Shown here: one piece after another, positions 1 through 13,599 of the stretch
Layout of the letters: every line of letters begins with the position of its first letter
Position numbering within the stretch: the stretch's first letter is position 1
NCBI GenBank assembly: GCA_002269645.1
Contig: NIVC01001189.1
Location: 1 to 64,000, forward strand
Length of the DNA: 64,000 bases
Direction: 5' to 3'
Origin: Macrostomum lignano
Taxonomy: Eukaryota
Program-made: the position numbers and the translations under genes
The notes under the pieces: model-generated
The model's database searches: none
What the model saw: the letters and a program-made list of their open reading frames with translations, nothing else
Told to the model about the DNA's origin: nothing

Positions 1-481
1 ATGCTGCCGCCGTGCTGCCACCCAAGTGAGCACCCAGCTTCCTTCTCAGCCAGCCGGAGGAATGCTCCGGTCTCGGGGATAAATTATTGAAAAACAATGC
101 CTGCCTCGTCGATACGCCCGAGGTGGGGATCGAGGGGTGGGCTGGGGGCGACAAGCCGGAAGAATGAAAAGAAAACTGCTGGGGGGGACAATTGGCGCTG
201 CTCTGCTGCGAGATCCCGGATGCGCGTCGTGAGTTTTGTTTTTCACGAACCACCGGCCTCCCACTCGACTGCTTCTGGAAATGCAATATCATTAGTAGGG
301 ATGAGGCCCGCAAAGATGGAGTGCGACTCGGTTTTCAAGGCGCCTTTTTCTGCGCGCACGGGACCCGAGGCGAGGGCTGTACCGGTTTTTTGCAACCCTC
401 CACCCCGAGGCGCAGGGGCAGAAAGAGGAAAAAAACTCCCTCTTTTTTCACTCTTTCTGGTGACGTCAACGCTCAGGGTCA

Positions 482-1935
482 GGATCCCAGATCCGATCCC
501 AGATCCCGATCCCAGATCCCGATCCAGATCCCGATCCCAGATCCCGATCCCAGATCCCGATCCAGATCCGATCCCAGATCCCGATCCCAGATCCCGATCC
601 CAGATCCCGATCCCAGATCCCGATCCCAGATCCCGATCCCAGATCCCGATCCCAGATCCGATCCCAGATCCCGATCCCAGATCCGATCCCAGATCCCGAT
701 CCCAGACCCGATCCCAGATCCGATCCCAGATCCCGATCCCAGACCCGATCCCAGATCCCGATCCCAGATCCCGATCCCAGATCCCGATCCAGATCCCGAT
801 CCCAGATCCCGATCCCAGATCCCGATCCCAGATCCCGATCCCAGATCCCGATCCCAGATCCCGATCCCAGATCCCGATCCAGATCCCGATCCCAGATCCC
901 GATCCCAGATCCCGATCCCAGATCCCGATCCCAGATCCCGATCCCAGATCCCGATCCCAGATCCCGATCCCAGATCCCGATCCCAGATCCGATCCCAGAT
1001 CCCGATCCCAGATCCCGATCCCAGATCCCGATCCCAGATCCCGATCCCAGATCCCGATCCCAGATCCCGATCCCAGATCCCGATCCCAGATCCCGATCCA
1101 GATCCCGATCCCAGATCCCGATCCCAGATCCCGACCAGATCCCGATCCCAGATCCCGATCCCAGATCCCGATCCCAGATCCCGATCCCAGATCCCGATCC
1201 AGATCCCGATCCCAGATCCCGATCCCAGATCCCGATCCAGATCCCGATCCCAGATCCCGATCCCAGATCCCGATCCCAGATCCCGATCCCAGATCCCGAT
1301 CCCAGATCCCGATCCAGATCCCGATCCCAGATCCCGATCCAGATCCCGATCCCAGATCCCGATCCCAGATCCCGATCCCAGATCCCGATCCCAGATCCCG
1401 ATCCCAGATCCCGATCCCAGATCCCGATCCCAGATCCCGATCCCAGATCCCGATCCCAGATCCCGATCCCAGATCCCGATCCCAGATCCCGATCCCAGAT
1501 CCCGATCCCAGATCCCGATCCCAGATCCCGATCCCAGATCCCGATCCCAGATCCCGATCCCAGATCCCGATCCCAGATCCGATCCAGATCCATCCAGATC
1601 CGATCCCAGATCCCGATCCCAGATCCCGATCCCAGATCCCGATCCCAGATCCCGATCCCAGATCCCGATCCCAGATCCCGATCCCAGATCCCGATCCCAG
1701 ATCCCGATCCCAGATCCCGATCCCAGATCCCGATCCCAGATCCCGATCCCAGATCCCGATCCCAGATCCCGATCCAGATCCCGATCCCAGATCCCGATCC
1801 CAGATCCCGATCCCAGATCCCGATCCCAGATCCCGATCCCAGATCCCGATCCAGATCCCGATCCAGATCCCGATCCCAGATCCCGATCCCAGATCCCGAT
1901 CCCAGATCCCGATCCCAGATCCCGATCCCAGATCG
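482..1935. repeat. Minisatellite, 13-bp unit (CCCAGATCCCGAT)n with frequent 1-nt shorter variants
   Basis: Direct tandem periodicity. It explains the low-complexity ORFs 97..1977, 192..2063, 466..1593 and most of 479..2068. Confidence 0.98.
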
Positions 1936-1951
1936 GGATCCTGGTACTCAC

Positions 1952-2068
1952 CGCTCCCCTTCCCTTCCCGCCGATGATGCCGATGAAGGCGTCGGCGGTG
2001 CAGCAGCAGGCGATCAGCAGGATGGCAGAGGCAGCAGCAGTGAGGGCCAGTCGCCTAGTGTGAGCCAT
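1952..2068 (-). CDS. Putative first coding exon of a secreted protein (signal peptide)
   Basis: MAHTRRLALTAAASAILLIACCCTADA|FIGIIGGKGRGA has a basic n-region, hydrophobic h-region and A-D-A cleavage site. It ends at a strong phase-0 donor (GCG|GTGAGT at 1951) just before the 13-bp array. The downstream exon was not identified. Confidence 0.55.
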
Positions 2069-2457
2069 GCTAGTTGCTAGGGGCTCAACGATGGACTAAA
2101 AAAATTCAGCAGTCTGAAAACCAGGTTGACAGAGGGAGAGGCAGGTCTCCGGAACAGCGCCGATGAAGATGGATAAGTCTGCTAGCGCTGCCGGTCGCGC
2201 CACCCCGTGGGCCAACAAATGAGAGCGGAGTCTGCCAGTTGCGGCTGGAAAGCTTCGGCCTCGTTCTACTATTGGGTAGACCCGTGTGGTTTGGGTTTTT
2301 TCATTTTCATGATTCTTGCTCTTGCATCAGCAACATACTGCGCTCCCAATCTCGAGTAAAATTACAACAGCTAGGGCTAGTATATTGGGAAGCCACATTG
2401 TTCCCCATACACACCATGCCCACCATTCCCCACACTCTATGCTACACTACAATCTTT

Positions 2458-2750
2458 TCACACTCTATGTCACAACCTTCCACACAATCTATGTCACAAC
2501 CTTCCCACACTCTATGTCACAACCTTCCCCACACTCTATGTCACAACCTTCCCCACACTCTATGTCACAACCTTCCCCACACTCTATGTCACAACCTTCC
2601 CCACACTCTATGTCACAACCTTCCCCACACTCTATGTCACAACCTTCCCCACACTCTATGTCACAACCTTCCCCACACTCTATGTCACAACCTTCCCCAC
2701 ACTCTATGTCACAACCTTCCCCACACTCTATGTCACAACCTTCCCCACAC
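2458..2750. repeat. Minisatellite, 24-bp unit CACACTCTATGTCACAACCTTCCC
   Basis: About 12 near-identical tandem copies. Confidence 0.97.
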
Positions 2751-4221
2751 TACATTAGCCTTCAGCCGCAGCCGCGGGTTTAATCCAGCCAATACTTCCC
2801 GAAGGTCTCATCAAACTCGCGCCTCAAAATCTCAGGGTCCGCGGTGAAGCAGCTGGCAGAAACCGGGCGACATCTGTGCAAAGAGAAGGCGCGCCAGCTT
2901 GGCGTGCGGGCTAGTCAAACAAGGCCTCTGCCAGACACTCCGGCATCCTGAAACATTGATCGATTGTTTCAAAAATGAGCTGACAGTTTACTAATGCATT
3001 TGGGGGGGGACAGCTGTTTGATCGCATTTTAAACCCGGGTTCTGATAATCTCAAATGCTGGATAACGAGCACGGAGTATCAGATTATGACGCTACTCGCA
3101 TGTCACTGCCCCACAGCGTTCACTTTCCCAATCCCCATTTACAAGTGCATCCTTGCGCACTTGAGTTACCCGCACTGAGCCGATGGGAAACAAATTGGTT
3201 GCTAGGAGTAATGTCTTGGCAGAAAATTTCTTACCTGTCAACCTGCATGCCCACTTCCTATTGCATTGTCAAGCCCCCGGATGCTGACAATGGACCGGCA
3301 CGGGTTCGGGAAGTGCTCAAACAGTTTTAGCGCTTTTTACGCGCTCCGAAAGCCTTTTGTTTCTGTTTTCCATCGCGGAAGCGTGACTTCACCGTAGTGG
3401 ATTTGCTGAAGCCGCACCAACAATCACTTGAACTTGACGGGGAAGCAGCCCGATGGCTCGCCGGAGGCTGCCGGTTTTCGCTGCATGTTTTTTGCCATAG
3501 ACGCATGAGTCAGCGTACATGAATATCATTCTCATTTGATTCCATTTTACTCATAGACAGTGCGGTTAAACCATAGACAAAACCAATTCTGCAAGATTGA
3601 GTGTGTAAGATTGACAATTCTGCACGCAAATTAAACAAAGAATTGTCTATGGCGGAACCCCTCCATTCAGAGGTGTGCAAAAAAGTAGCAGATCTTTGCA
3701 AAATCCGTTTAAAAACACAACTGTATTTCGAGCGTTGCCGCTCTCCAATAGCGCTTTTTTTTCTTGCCACACTTGTGAGTGCACTTTGGGCAAAGCACAT
3801 GCTTGCTTCCTTTGGAATTAGGAAGGTCAGACGGCAAGCTATAGGGAATTTAGAGGTTAAAAAACTGAAAACTTTCTTTGTTAGTTAATGTTTTGCAGCG
3901 GGCCTCCGGCGAAGCCTGCACGATCTGCGAGTGCTGATTTTTCCATTGTAATTGAATTGACACGACTCAATTGATTTTCTCTTTAGAGTTTGTTGAGAAA
4001 AAGCAAAAAGGCCTTCTGGGTCGGGTCGCTGGCTGGTTTGACTTTATTTATTTAGATAAAGCGAAGAGAAATTGACGCGTGGGGGGTGGGGGCGCCCAGT
4101 GTACGAGCAGATGTACATTGCACGAAAGGGCGGAGCGGGGTGAAAGGTGAGTCGGCTTTTACTTAATGTAAAGAAAACCATTTGGGCTGAATAAATATGA
4201 ACTTTTCCGAAACATCCATAT

Positions 4222-5487
4222 TCCCTACTCAAACACTCGGATCCCTACTCAAACACTCAGATTCCTACTCAAACACTCAGATCCCTACTCAAACACTCAG
4301 ATTCCTACTCAAACACTCGAATCATTATTCAAGCACTCAGATCCTTACTCAAGCACTCAGATCCTTACTCAAACACTCGCGATCACTACTCAAACACTCC
4401 TTGAACTCAAACACTCCTTGGACTTGAGTAGCACTCAAGTCCCTACTCAAACACTCGAATCACTACTCAAACACTCAGATTCCTACTCAAACACTCAGAT
4501 CCCTACTCAAACACTCAGATCCCTACTCAAACACTCAGATCCCTACTCAAACACTCAGATCACTACTCAAACACTCAGATCCCTACTCAAGCACTCAGAT
4601 CACTACTCAAACACTCAGATCCCTACTCAAACACTCAGATCCCTACTCAAACACTCAGATCCCTAGTCAAACACTCAGATCCCTACTCAAGCACTCAGAT
4701 CCCTACTCAAACACTCAGATCCCTACTCAAACATTCAGATCCCCACTCAAGCACTCAGATCCCTACTCAAGCACTCAGATCCCTACTCAAACACTCAGAT
4801 CACTACTCAAACACTCAGATCCCTACTCAAGCACTCAGATCACTACTCAAACACTAAGATCCCTACTCAAACACTCAGATCCCTACTCAAACACTCAGAT
4901 CCCTACTCAAACACTCAGATCCCTAGTCAAACACTCAGATCCCTAGTCAAACACTCAGATCCCTACTCAAGCACTCAGATCCCTACTCAAACACTCAGAT
5001 CCCTACTCAAACATTCAGATCCCCACTCAAACACTCAGATCCCTACTCAAGCACTCAGATCCCTACTCAAACACTCAGATCACTACTCAAACACTCAGAT
5101 CCCTACTCAAGCACTCAGATCACTACTCAAACACTCAGATCCCTACTCAAACACTCAGATCCCTACTCAAACACTCAGATCCCTACTCAAACACTCAGAT
5201 CCCTAGTCAAACACTCAGATCCCTAGTCAAACACTCAGATCCCTACTCAAGCACTCAGATCCCTACTCAAACACTCAGATCCCTACTCAAACATTCAGAT
5301 CCCCACTCAAGCACTCAGATCCCTACTCAAGCACTCAGATCCCTACTCAAACACTCAGATCCCTACTCAAACACTCAGATCCCTACTCAAGCACTCAGAT
5401 CCCTACTCAAACACTCAGATCCCCACTCAAGCACTCAGATCCCCACTCAAGCACTCAGATTCCTACTCAAACACTCAGATCCCTACT
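4222..5487. repeat. Minisatellite, 20-bp unit CAGATCCCTACTCAAACACT
   Basis: About 60 tandem copies with minor variants. Confidence 0.97.
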
Positions 5488-6164
5488 AAAAAAACTCAGC
5501 TCACAAACTAAAAGCATTATATCCTACGCTGGTAGCTGTATATTTTGTTGTCAAGACAAATAACTGTTTAAAATTCTATCCAAGGATGTAGAAAATACGG
5601 ATACTTTCTTGCAGAACATGAAAGCTAATGTGTTACTAACATACAAGGCACATCGTTGCTTGCATCATTGAGACTGTACTATGCAGCAATGAAAGAACGA
5701 AGGGGTTAAAGCGAAACTCATTCACTCATTGCATGGCGCAGGAGGAGTGCAGAGGCGTCGCAAACTTCTCCATATAGCGACTTGTTTGAAAAGCCCCTGC
5801 AAGCGATGCAGCTGCTTGAAGCCCACTCAGTTTCACTCACTCCATTTTAGGAAAAGGAGGCGTATAGCTATTGCTGGAGAGAAGGCTCCATGCATTTCTT
5901 TTCTACCAAGCTAGAGTGATTCGCATGAATGAAAGCTGCAGTGGCTGTGGGTGCGGAGTCTGTTGCAAAAAAACTCCCAAGACAGATGCTTGCGGGAAGC
6001 TAGTTAGCAACTTTCATTTTTTTACACCGGGTCATAAGGAGAGCCAGTGTTTCAAGAATCACCTGGGAAATACAAGCTAGTTCTATGCACCTACACTGTA
6101 ATTGCAGAGTAGATTTCGTAGGAAATTCTTGAATATGCTCTGCTGAAATCTACAGGCGAATTGT

Positions 6165-9100
6165 AATTTGATATTGTCTATGGCTCCGGCTGAAATCGAC
6201 ATATTGCTAATCTGATACTGTCTATGGCTCTGGCTGAAATATATAGACATTTGCTAATCTGATACTGTCTATGGCTCTGGCTGAAATCTATAGACATTTG
6301 CTAATCTGATATTGTCTATGGCTCCGGCTGAAATCTATAGACACATTGCTAATCTGATACTGTCTATGGCTCCGGCTCAAATCTATAGACATTTGCTAAT
6401 CTGATATTGTCTATGGCTCCGGCTCAAATCTATAGACACATTGCTAATCTGATACTGTCTATGGCTCCGGCTGAAATCTATAGACACATTGCTAATCTGA
6501 TATTGTCTATGGCTCCGGCTCAAATATATAGACACATTGCTAATCTGATATTGTCTATGGCTCCGGCTCAAATCTATAGACACATTGCTAATCTGATACT
6601 GTCTATGGCTCCGGCTGAAATCTATAGACACATTGCTAATCTGATATTGTCTATGGCTCCGGCTCAAATATATAGACACATTGCTAATCTGATATTGTCT
6701 ATGGCTCCGGCTGAAATCTATAGACACATTGCTAATCTGATATTGTCTATGGCTCCGGCTGAAATCTATAGACACATTGCTAATCTGATACTGTCTATGG
6801 CTCCGGCTGAAATATATAGACACATTGCTAATCTGATACTGTCTATGGCTCCGGCTGAAATATATAGACATTTGCTAATCTGATATTGTCTATGGCTCCG
6901 GCTCAAATATATAGACATATTGCTAATCTGATATTGTCTATGGCTCCGGCTCAAATATATAGACATATTGCTAATCTGATATTGTCTATGGCTCCGGCTT
7001 AAATCTAGACATATTGCTAAACTGATACTGCCTATGGTTCCAACTTAAATCTATAGACGTATTGCTAAACTGATATTGTCTATGGCTCCGGCTTAAATCC
7101 ATAGACGTATTGCTAACCTGATACTATCTATGGCTCCGGCTGAAATCTATAGACATATTGCTAAACTGATATTGTCTATGGCTCCGGCTGAAATCTATAG
7201 ACATATTGCTAATCTGATACTATCTATGGCTCCGGCTGAAATCTATGGACATATTGCTAATCTGATATTGTCTATGGCTCCGGCTCAAATCTATAGACAC
7301 ATTGCTAATCTGATACTGTCTATGGCTCCGGCTGAAATATATAGACATTTGCTAATCTGATATTGTCTATGGCTCCGGCTGAAATCTATAGACACATTGC
7401 TAATCTGATACTGTCTATGGCTCCGGCTCAAATCTATAGACATTTGCTAATCTGATATTGTCTATGGCTCCGGCTCAAATCTATAGACACATTGCTAATC
7501 TGATACTGTCTATGGCTCCGGCTGAAATCTATAGACACATTGCTAATCTGATATTGTCTATGGCTCCGGCTCAAATATATAGACACATTGCTAATCTGAT
7601 ATTGTCTATGGCTCCGGCTGAAATCTATAGACACATTGCTAATCTGATATTGTCTATGGCTCCGGCTGAAATCTATAGACACATTGCTAATCTGATACTG
7701 TCTATGGCTCCGGCTGAAATATATAGACACATTGCTAATCTGATACTGTCTATGGCTCCGGCTGAAATATATAGACACATTGCTAATCTGATATTGTCTA
7801 TGGCTCCGGCTGAAATATATAGACACATTGCTAATCTGATACTGTCTATGGCTCCGGCTGAAATCTATAGACACATTGCTAATCTGATATTGTCTATGGC
7901 TCCGGCTGAAATCTATAGACATATTGCTAATCTGATATTGTCTATGGCTCCGGCTGAAATATATAGACATTTGCTAATCTGATATTGTCTATGGCTCCGG
8001 CTCAAATATATAGACATATTGCTAATCTGATATTGTCTATGGCTCCGGCTCAAATATATAGACATATTGCTAATCTGATATTGTCTATGGCTCCGGCTTA
8101 AATCTAGACATATTGCTAAACTGATACTGCCTATGGTTCCAACTTAAATCTATAGACGTATTGCTAAACTGATATTGTCTATGGCTCCGGCTTAAATCCA
8201 TAGACGTATTGCTAACCTGATACTATCTATGGCTCCGGCTGAAATCTATAGACATATTGCTAAACTGATATTGTCTATGGCTCCGGCTGAAATCTATAGA
8301 CATATTGCTAATCTGATACTATCTATGGCTCCGGCTGAAATCTATAGACACATTGCTAATCTGATATTGTCTATGGCTCCGGCTCAAATCTATAGACACA
8401 TTGCTAATCTGATATTGTCTATGGCTCCGGCTGAAATCTATAGACACATTGCTAAACTGATACTGTCTATGGCTCCGGCTGAAATCTATAGACATATTGC
8501 TAATCTGATATTGTCTATGGCTACGGCTTAAATCCATAGACATATTGCTAATCTGATATTGTCTATGGCTCCGGCTCAAATCTATAGACATATTGCTAAT
8601 CTGATATTGTCTATGGCTCCGGCTGAAATCTATAGACATATTGCTAATCTGATACTATCTATGGCTCCGGCTGAAATCTATAGACACATTGCTAATCTGA
8701 TATTGTCTATGGCTCCGGCTCAAATCTATAGACACATTGCTAATCTGATATTGTCTATGGCTCCGGCTGAAATCTATAGACACATTGCTAAACTGATACT
8801 GTCTATGGCTCCGGCTGAAATCTATAGACATATTGCTAATCTGATATTGTCTATGGCTCCGGCTGAAATCTATAGACATATTGCTAATCTGATATTGTCT
8901 ATGGCTACGGCTTAAATCCATAGACATATTGCTAATCTGATATTGTCTATGGCTCCGGCTCAAATCTATAGACATATTGCTAATCTGATATTGTCTATGG
9001 CTCCGGCTGAAATCTATAGACATATTGCTAATCTGATACTATCTATGGCTCCGGCTGAAATCTATAGACACATTGCTAATCTGATATTGTCTATGGCTCC

Positions 9101-10065
9101 GGCTCAAATCTATAGACACATTGCTAATCTGATATTGTCTATGGCTGGCTGAAATCTATAGACACATTGCTAAACTGATACTGTCTATGGCTCCGGCTGA
9201 AATCTATAGACATATTGCTAATCTGATATTGTCTATGGCTCCGGCTGAAATCTATAGACATATTGCTAAACTGATACTGTCTATGGTTCCAACTTAAATC
9301 TATAGACATATTGCTAAACTGATATTGTCTATGGCTCCGGCTGAAATCTATGGACATATTGCTAATCTGATTGTCTATGGCTCCGGCTGAAATCTATAGA
9401 CACATTGCTAAACTGATACTGTCTATGGCTCCGGCTGAAATCTATAGACACATAGCTAATCTGATACTGTCTATGGCTCCGGCTGAAATCTATAGACATT
9501 GCTAAACTGATATTGTCTATGGCTCCGGCTGAAATCTATAGACACATTGCTAATCTGATATTGTCTATGGCTCCGGCTGAAATCTATAGACATATTGCTA
9601 AACTGATATTGTCTATGGCTCCGGCTTAAATCTATAGACATATTGCTAAACTGATATTGTCTATGGCTCCGGCTGAAATCTATAGACATATTGCTAATCT
9701 GATACTGTCTATGGCTCCGGCTGAAATCTATAGACACATTGCTAATCTGATACTGTCTATGGCTCCGGCTGAAATCTATAGACATTGCTAATCTGATATT
9801 GTCTATGGCTCCGGCTGAAATCTATAGACACATTGCTAATCTGATTGTCTATGGCTCCGGCTGAAATCTATAGACACATTGCTAATCTGATACTGTCTAT
9901 GGCTCCGGCTGAAATCTATAGACATATTGCTAATCTGATATTGTCTATGGCTCCGGCTGAAATCTATAGACACATTGCTAATCTGATACTGTCTATGGCT
10001 CCGGCTGAAATCTATAGACACATTGCTAATCTGATACTGTCTATGGCTCCGGCTGAAATCTATAG
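6165..10065. repeat. Satellite, 48-bp unit ATGGCTCCGGCTGAAATCTATAGACACATTGCTAATCTGATA(C/T)TGTCT, with higher-order repeats
   Basis: About 80 copies. Diagnostic variant blocks recur at 1099-bp spacing (about 6998 and 8097) and at 384-bp spacing (about 8521 and 8905). Confidence 0.98.
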
Positions 10066-10463
10066 GCGAATTGCTAATAAAATTTTGTAGCTGTGTTTTT
10101 ACAGCTATGTACGAGCGTATTTGCCTTACCTCGTAAAGCTTTCAAACTGTTTGCCGCAAAGAGCAGCTTGTACTCTGAAATTCTGCCTTAACTTGGCTCT
10201 TTATATCTTGTCTAAAATTCTCAGGCGAATAAAACCTCCCTTATAATTAAGACATAAGAAGCTTAAAACTAGATCAAATACTAGTTGTCGACCTGCAGTT
10301 AAAAGCGAAATCTGTTAGATTAGGCTTTGACTGGCAAACACACTGCAGACTCTTGCAGCTTTGGCAGAATGGCTTAAGCATTAATTGTGTTGCATAAAAC
10401 TAAAGACTGGCTCTGGACAGATTAGAGTTGTTACATAAAAGGATCTATTAGAAGATTTGCCAG

Positions 10464-10708
10464 CAGTGCGGCGCAGCACCTCTGATCTGGGGGGGGGGGG
10501 GGGGGGCGGTGGTTGGGTGTCATGGTTACCCCCCCCCCAGCGAATTTTTAGAATCAGAGCAGCGCATTTTATTACGCTAAAATCTCACTAAAACGCATAT
10601 AACGATTTCGCACTAAAAATTATGGTCGGTCACGCCACGGAGGGGGGTAGGAGGGTGGTCACCCGGGGGCAGCAGCCCCCTCTGCCCCCGCCTGCGCCGC
10701 CGCCACTG
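10464..10708. mobile_element. hAT-type MITE, family A (TIR CAGT(G)GCGGCG...CGCCGCCACTG)
   Basis: TIRs plus an 8-bp TSD, TTTGCCAG/CTTGCCAG (1 mismatch). A homologous copy lies at 30249-30513. Confidence 0.85.
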
Positions 10709-11136
10709 CTTGCCAGTTTATATCATAGCTTTCATAGTATCTTGTTAATTTCACTGTTCCATTTCCACTAGGAATATATTTTTTGTTTGTAAGTATTCTT
10801 CTACTTGAGGGTAGTCCTTGGCTGAAACGTCACTCTTACGTTTTAAACGAATTTAAATTTAGATTGCTACTAGTATAGGAAGTACATGTCAAGTACTCGA
10901 AACTACCTCACTTACTCAACGAATCAAGTACAATAGAATGAGAATTCAAGCGCAAAGTATTGTTGTTGCTGTATAGCTAGCACTGTCACGTGCTATCACG
11001 TGTTGGATAGAACATACCCTTGCGCAGATACTGCATATTACTGCATATCTATGCAAGCTGCAGCTATATCTTAAAGCCAGTGTAGCAAGCAAAAGGCAAA
11101 ATTGTTAGTCAAAAACTATTGTAGAAAGCAGCGAAC

Positions 11137-11490
11137 ATGAGCAACTCAGTGCTGTCCCATCTGCCGCAAAGCCTCTCCGCCGTGGTGTCTCGGAGCATCG
11201 GCAGCTCACTGAACACGGCGTGGCATCGACTCGAGCTCTGTAGCATTGGCGGCGTCGGGCCCAGCCGCGAAGCCAAAGACGTCGCGATTCTGGCGACGTG
11301 TTTCCAGAGGCCGGCGTTTCCAGAGCTGCACGGAGTCTGGCAGCTGCTCAACGGCCAGCTGCAGTTGCGACTCAAGCTGCGCTGGACCCAGATGAAGCGG
11401 CCGTCCAGCTGCCAGAGGCTGGTTACTCAAAAAGCTGAGAAGAAACATATTGAACTGAATAGGCCAAGATCTTTTTCGGCGATTCATTGA
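11137..11490 (+). CDS. Putative small orphan protein, 117 aa
   Basis: ATG-initiated GC-rich island in AT-rich surroundings with G/C-ending codon bias. AATAAA lies about 65 bp after the stop. No recognisable domain. Confidence 0.35.
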   Translation: MSNSVLSHLPQSLSAVVSRSIGSSLNTAWHRLELCSIGGVGPSREAKDVAILATCFQRPAFPELHGVWQLLNGQLQLRLKLRWTQMKRPSSCQRLVTQKAEKKHIELNRPRSFSAIH

Positions 11491-12322
11491 AATATCCATA
11501 CAACTGTCCACATCCTGTTATCATCCATTGCGTTTTAAAAATGATTGATTGTAAATAAACAAACGTTTACGTTTTTGCATTACATGTATCTTCCGCATGA
11601 AATTAAAACAAATTCAAACTGAAAAGCTTATTTATTAGAGTTTATTATAGTCAAATGAAGTCCTCCATGTACGAGTAACTACAGCGTTTAAATGAATTCA
11701 GTAGCGTGATACGCATTATGCTATATACACTTATTTGCACTCAGAATTACGAGACCCGAATGAATTTTGAATGCAAACTGATAAGCATTGACAACAGTTT
11801 CGTACTTAATAGGGACGAGTCGCAGGTAGGTTGAGGGAAAATATTAACTTATAGAATACTCAATTGAAATGAAATATAAGCCCATATGTTGACGGTAAAA
11901 TGAACAGGAACAGGCATATTGCAAAATGTCAGCTGACTAAGTCGGGGTAAATTTGTACAGCGGCTGGTCAAAAAAGCGACGAAAACAACACCCAAAATAC
12001 GCTTTCAAGACCATAATGACGGACGCCTGGTATAGCGTACTTGTATGTACAGCTGGCCTGAATGTACAGTTTGTACAGAGAGTTAATGAATTACTCAAAC
12101 GGTATGACCAAAAGGTTTATTCTAAAGACTGAACGAGATTTTTAAAGCCAGACCTAAATGGTTGGTAGAGAAAGACAACACGTGATTAAAGTACACTCCT
12201 ACGAATAATGAATAAACATTGAGGGTTTGAGGGTTTCCAAGGTTCAAAGGTAATCGAAGTTCGGAGATCGCACCAGATGTCCCATTTCTAGGAACGCAGC
12301 AGATCAGTTCTCCGTTTTGGTG

Positions 12323-12742
12323 TCACGCCGTCGGTCTCGAAGACTGCCGATGCCTACGTCGGCTCTTGACCATGTAGTGCAGAATCTGCCGAGCCAGACT
12401 TTTCTTAGTCTGACCCTCCGGCGGCTGGTCGAAGCCGCTGTCGTTGGACAGCATCCAGCTCACTTCCTCGTCGGGCAGGACGCTGGCAGGATTCGTGACG
12501 GCGCACTGGTCTGCGCCGCCGCTCCCGACCCTGTCGTCGACTTCGCTGCCGTGTCCCAAATCTGTTGATGAAGTCAACGAAGACGATGCGCTGTCATCGA
12601 TTCCTTCGTCTACGATTGTCGTCTCTGTTAAGCCAGCCGAGTTTAATGCCATGAATATTCCGATGATCTTGGACGCAACGGCAGAGCTTGCAGATAGAGT
12701 TGTGCTTTCCGAATGATGACTAGATAGAAAAACTTGTGACAT
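12323..12742 (-). CDS. Small orphan protein (139 aa), paralog A of the LTSSxDLGHGxEV / SNDSGF family
   Basis: Shares motif blocks with 20393-20829 in the same order. A minus-strand AATAAA lies at about 12116-12121. Confidence 0.6.
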   Translation of the reverse strand: MSQVFLSSHHSESTTLSASSAVASKIIGIFMALNSAGLTETTIVDEGIDDSASSSLTSSTDLGHGSEVDDRVGSGGADQCAVTNPASVLPDEEVSWMLSNDSGFDQPPEGQTKKSLARQILHYMVKSRRRHRQSSRPTA

Positions 12743-13238
12743 CCATTTTGCTTCAATGTATGTATAAAACTCAGAACAAATTAGTAGGTAGTACTAAAAT
12801 AGATTTCTGTATAACGCTTAATGGGGTGTGAATATGTCGTACATTACCCCCTGTTTGTAGCTCTGTATCTAGCAGCTAACTGGTTGGCTAACAACGGGTA
12901 CGTACGAAATTCTTTTCAAGGTCAGACAGTCCACCCACGTATTGGTATGATATATAAACAAATTTAGTAAATGTACATTCAAAAATGTATTAAACTTTCT
13001 TCTCTATCTAAATCAAACTACGAACTATAACTAGGGTCTGTAGAACTCGCATTACCAATAGGCATTACCCTACCCGAACGAGAGCACGTGACTCGACTAT
13101 TGTTGAAATTATGTACGAATAACAATGGAGAGAAATGAAGAAAATGGGTCAGCTGATAGCTTCGTGGAATAACGAGCCCCGCTTATAAAAAAAAACTTAA
13201 CTGCGGGGCAAATCCGAAAGCAAGTACATTGCTTTAGT

Positions 13239-13472
13239 CAGGGGTCGGCAAACTCGAGGGCAAACCACATGCCCTAGGGTCCTTTAAAACTTCACAATAG
13301 TAATCCGTCCCGCTCAAAGTTTGTGTCTCTTCTTAGTGTCCCTTCTCCTCTCCCTTTCCTCCTCTCTCTTCTCTTATTTCATCTCCCCTCTCCTCTCTCC
13401 CCTCCTCTGACCCGCAGTCATGCGCTGGGTTCTCCATCTGGCCCTGGCGGTAAAAAGTTTGCCGACCTTCTG
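13239..13472. mobile_element. hAT-type MITE, family B (TIR CAGGGGTCGGCAAAC)
   Basis: TIRs plus an 8-bp TSD, GCTTTAGT/GCTTTGGT. An inverted homologous copy lies at 45108-45482. Confidence 0.85.
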
Positions 13473-13599
13473 GCTTTGGTAAACAGGGCGTTCCCATTCC
13501 GCTGACTCCTGAGCACATACAGGTGCGCATGTGCATGTACACAGGCACGCACTCATGCACAGCGGTCTTCACTTTCTAACCGTCAGGCATGCACACTCG

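Noticed and set aside
2850-3900. Short ORFs (3055..3330, 3601..3888) in moderately GC-rich unique sequence
   Set aside because: No recognisable motifs, splice-supported structure or element boundaries; cannot be called.
6165-10065. CRISPR-like appearance of regular repeats (also 43320-43995 and 49440-51015)
   Set aside because: The units are head-to-tail with no unique spacers, there are no cas genes, and the context is eukaryotic.
97-10090. Long ORFs such as PDPRSRSQI, HTLCHNLP, LKHSDP and MAPAEIYRHIANLILS repeats
   Set aside because: They are translations of tandem repeats, open in several frames and on both strands, with no unique coding context.
12323-12420. BH3-only (EGL-1-like) or REDD1/DDIT4-like identity for the DSG family
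   Set aside because: The C-terminal helix lacks the conserved BH3 small-residue-Asp, and the REDD1 folded domain is absent. The resemblance is limited to Ser-rich motifs.
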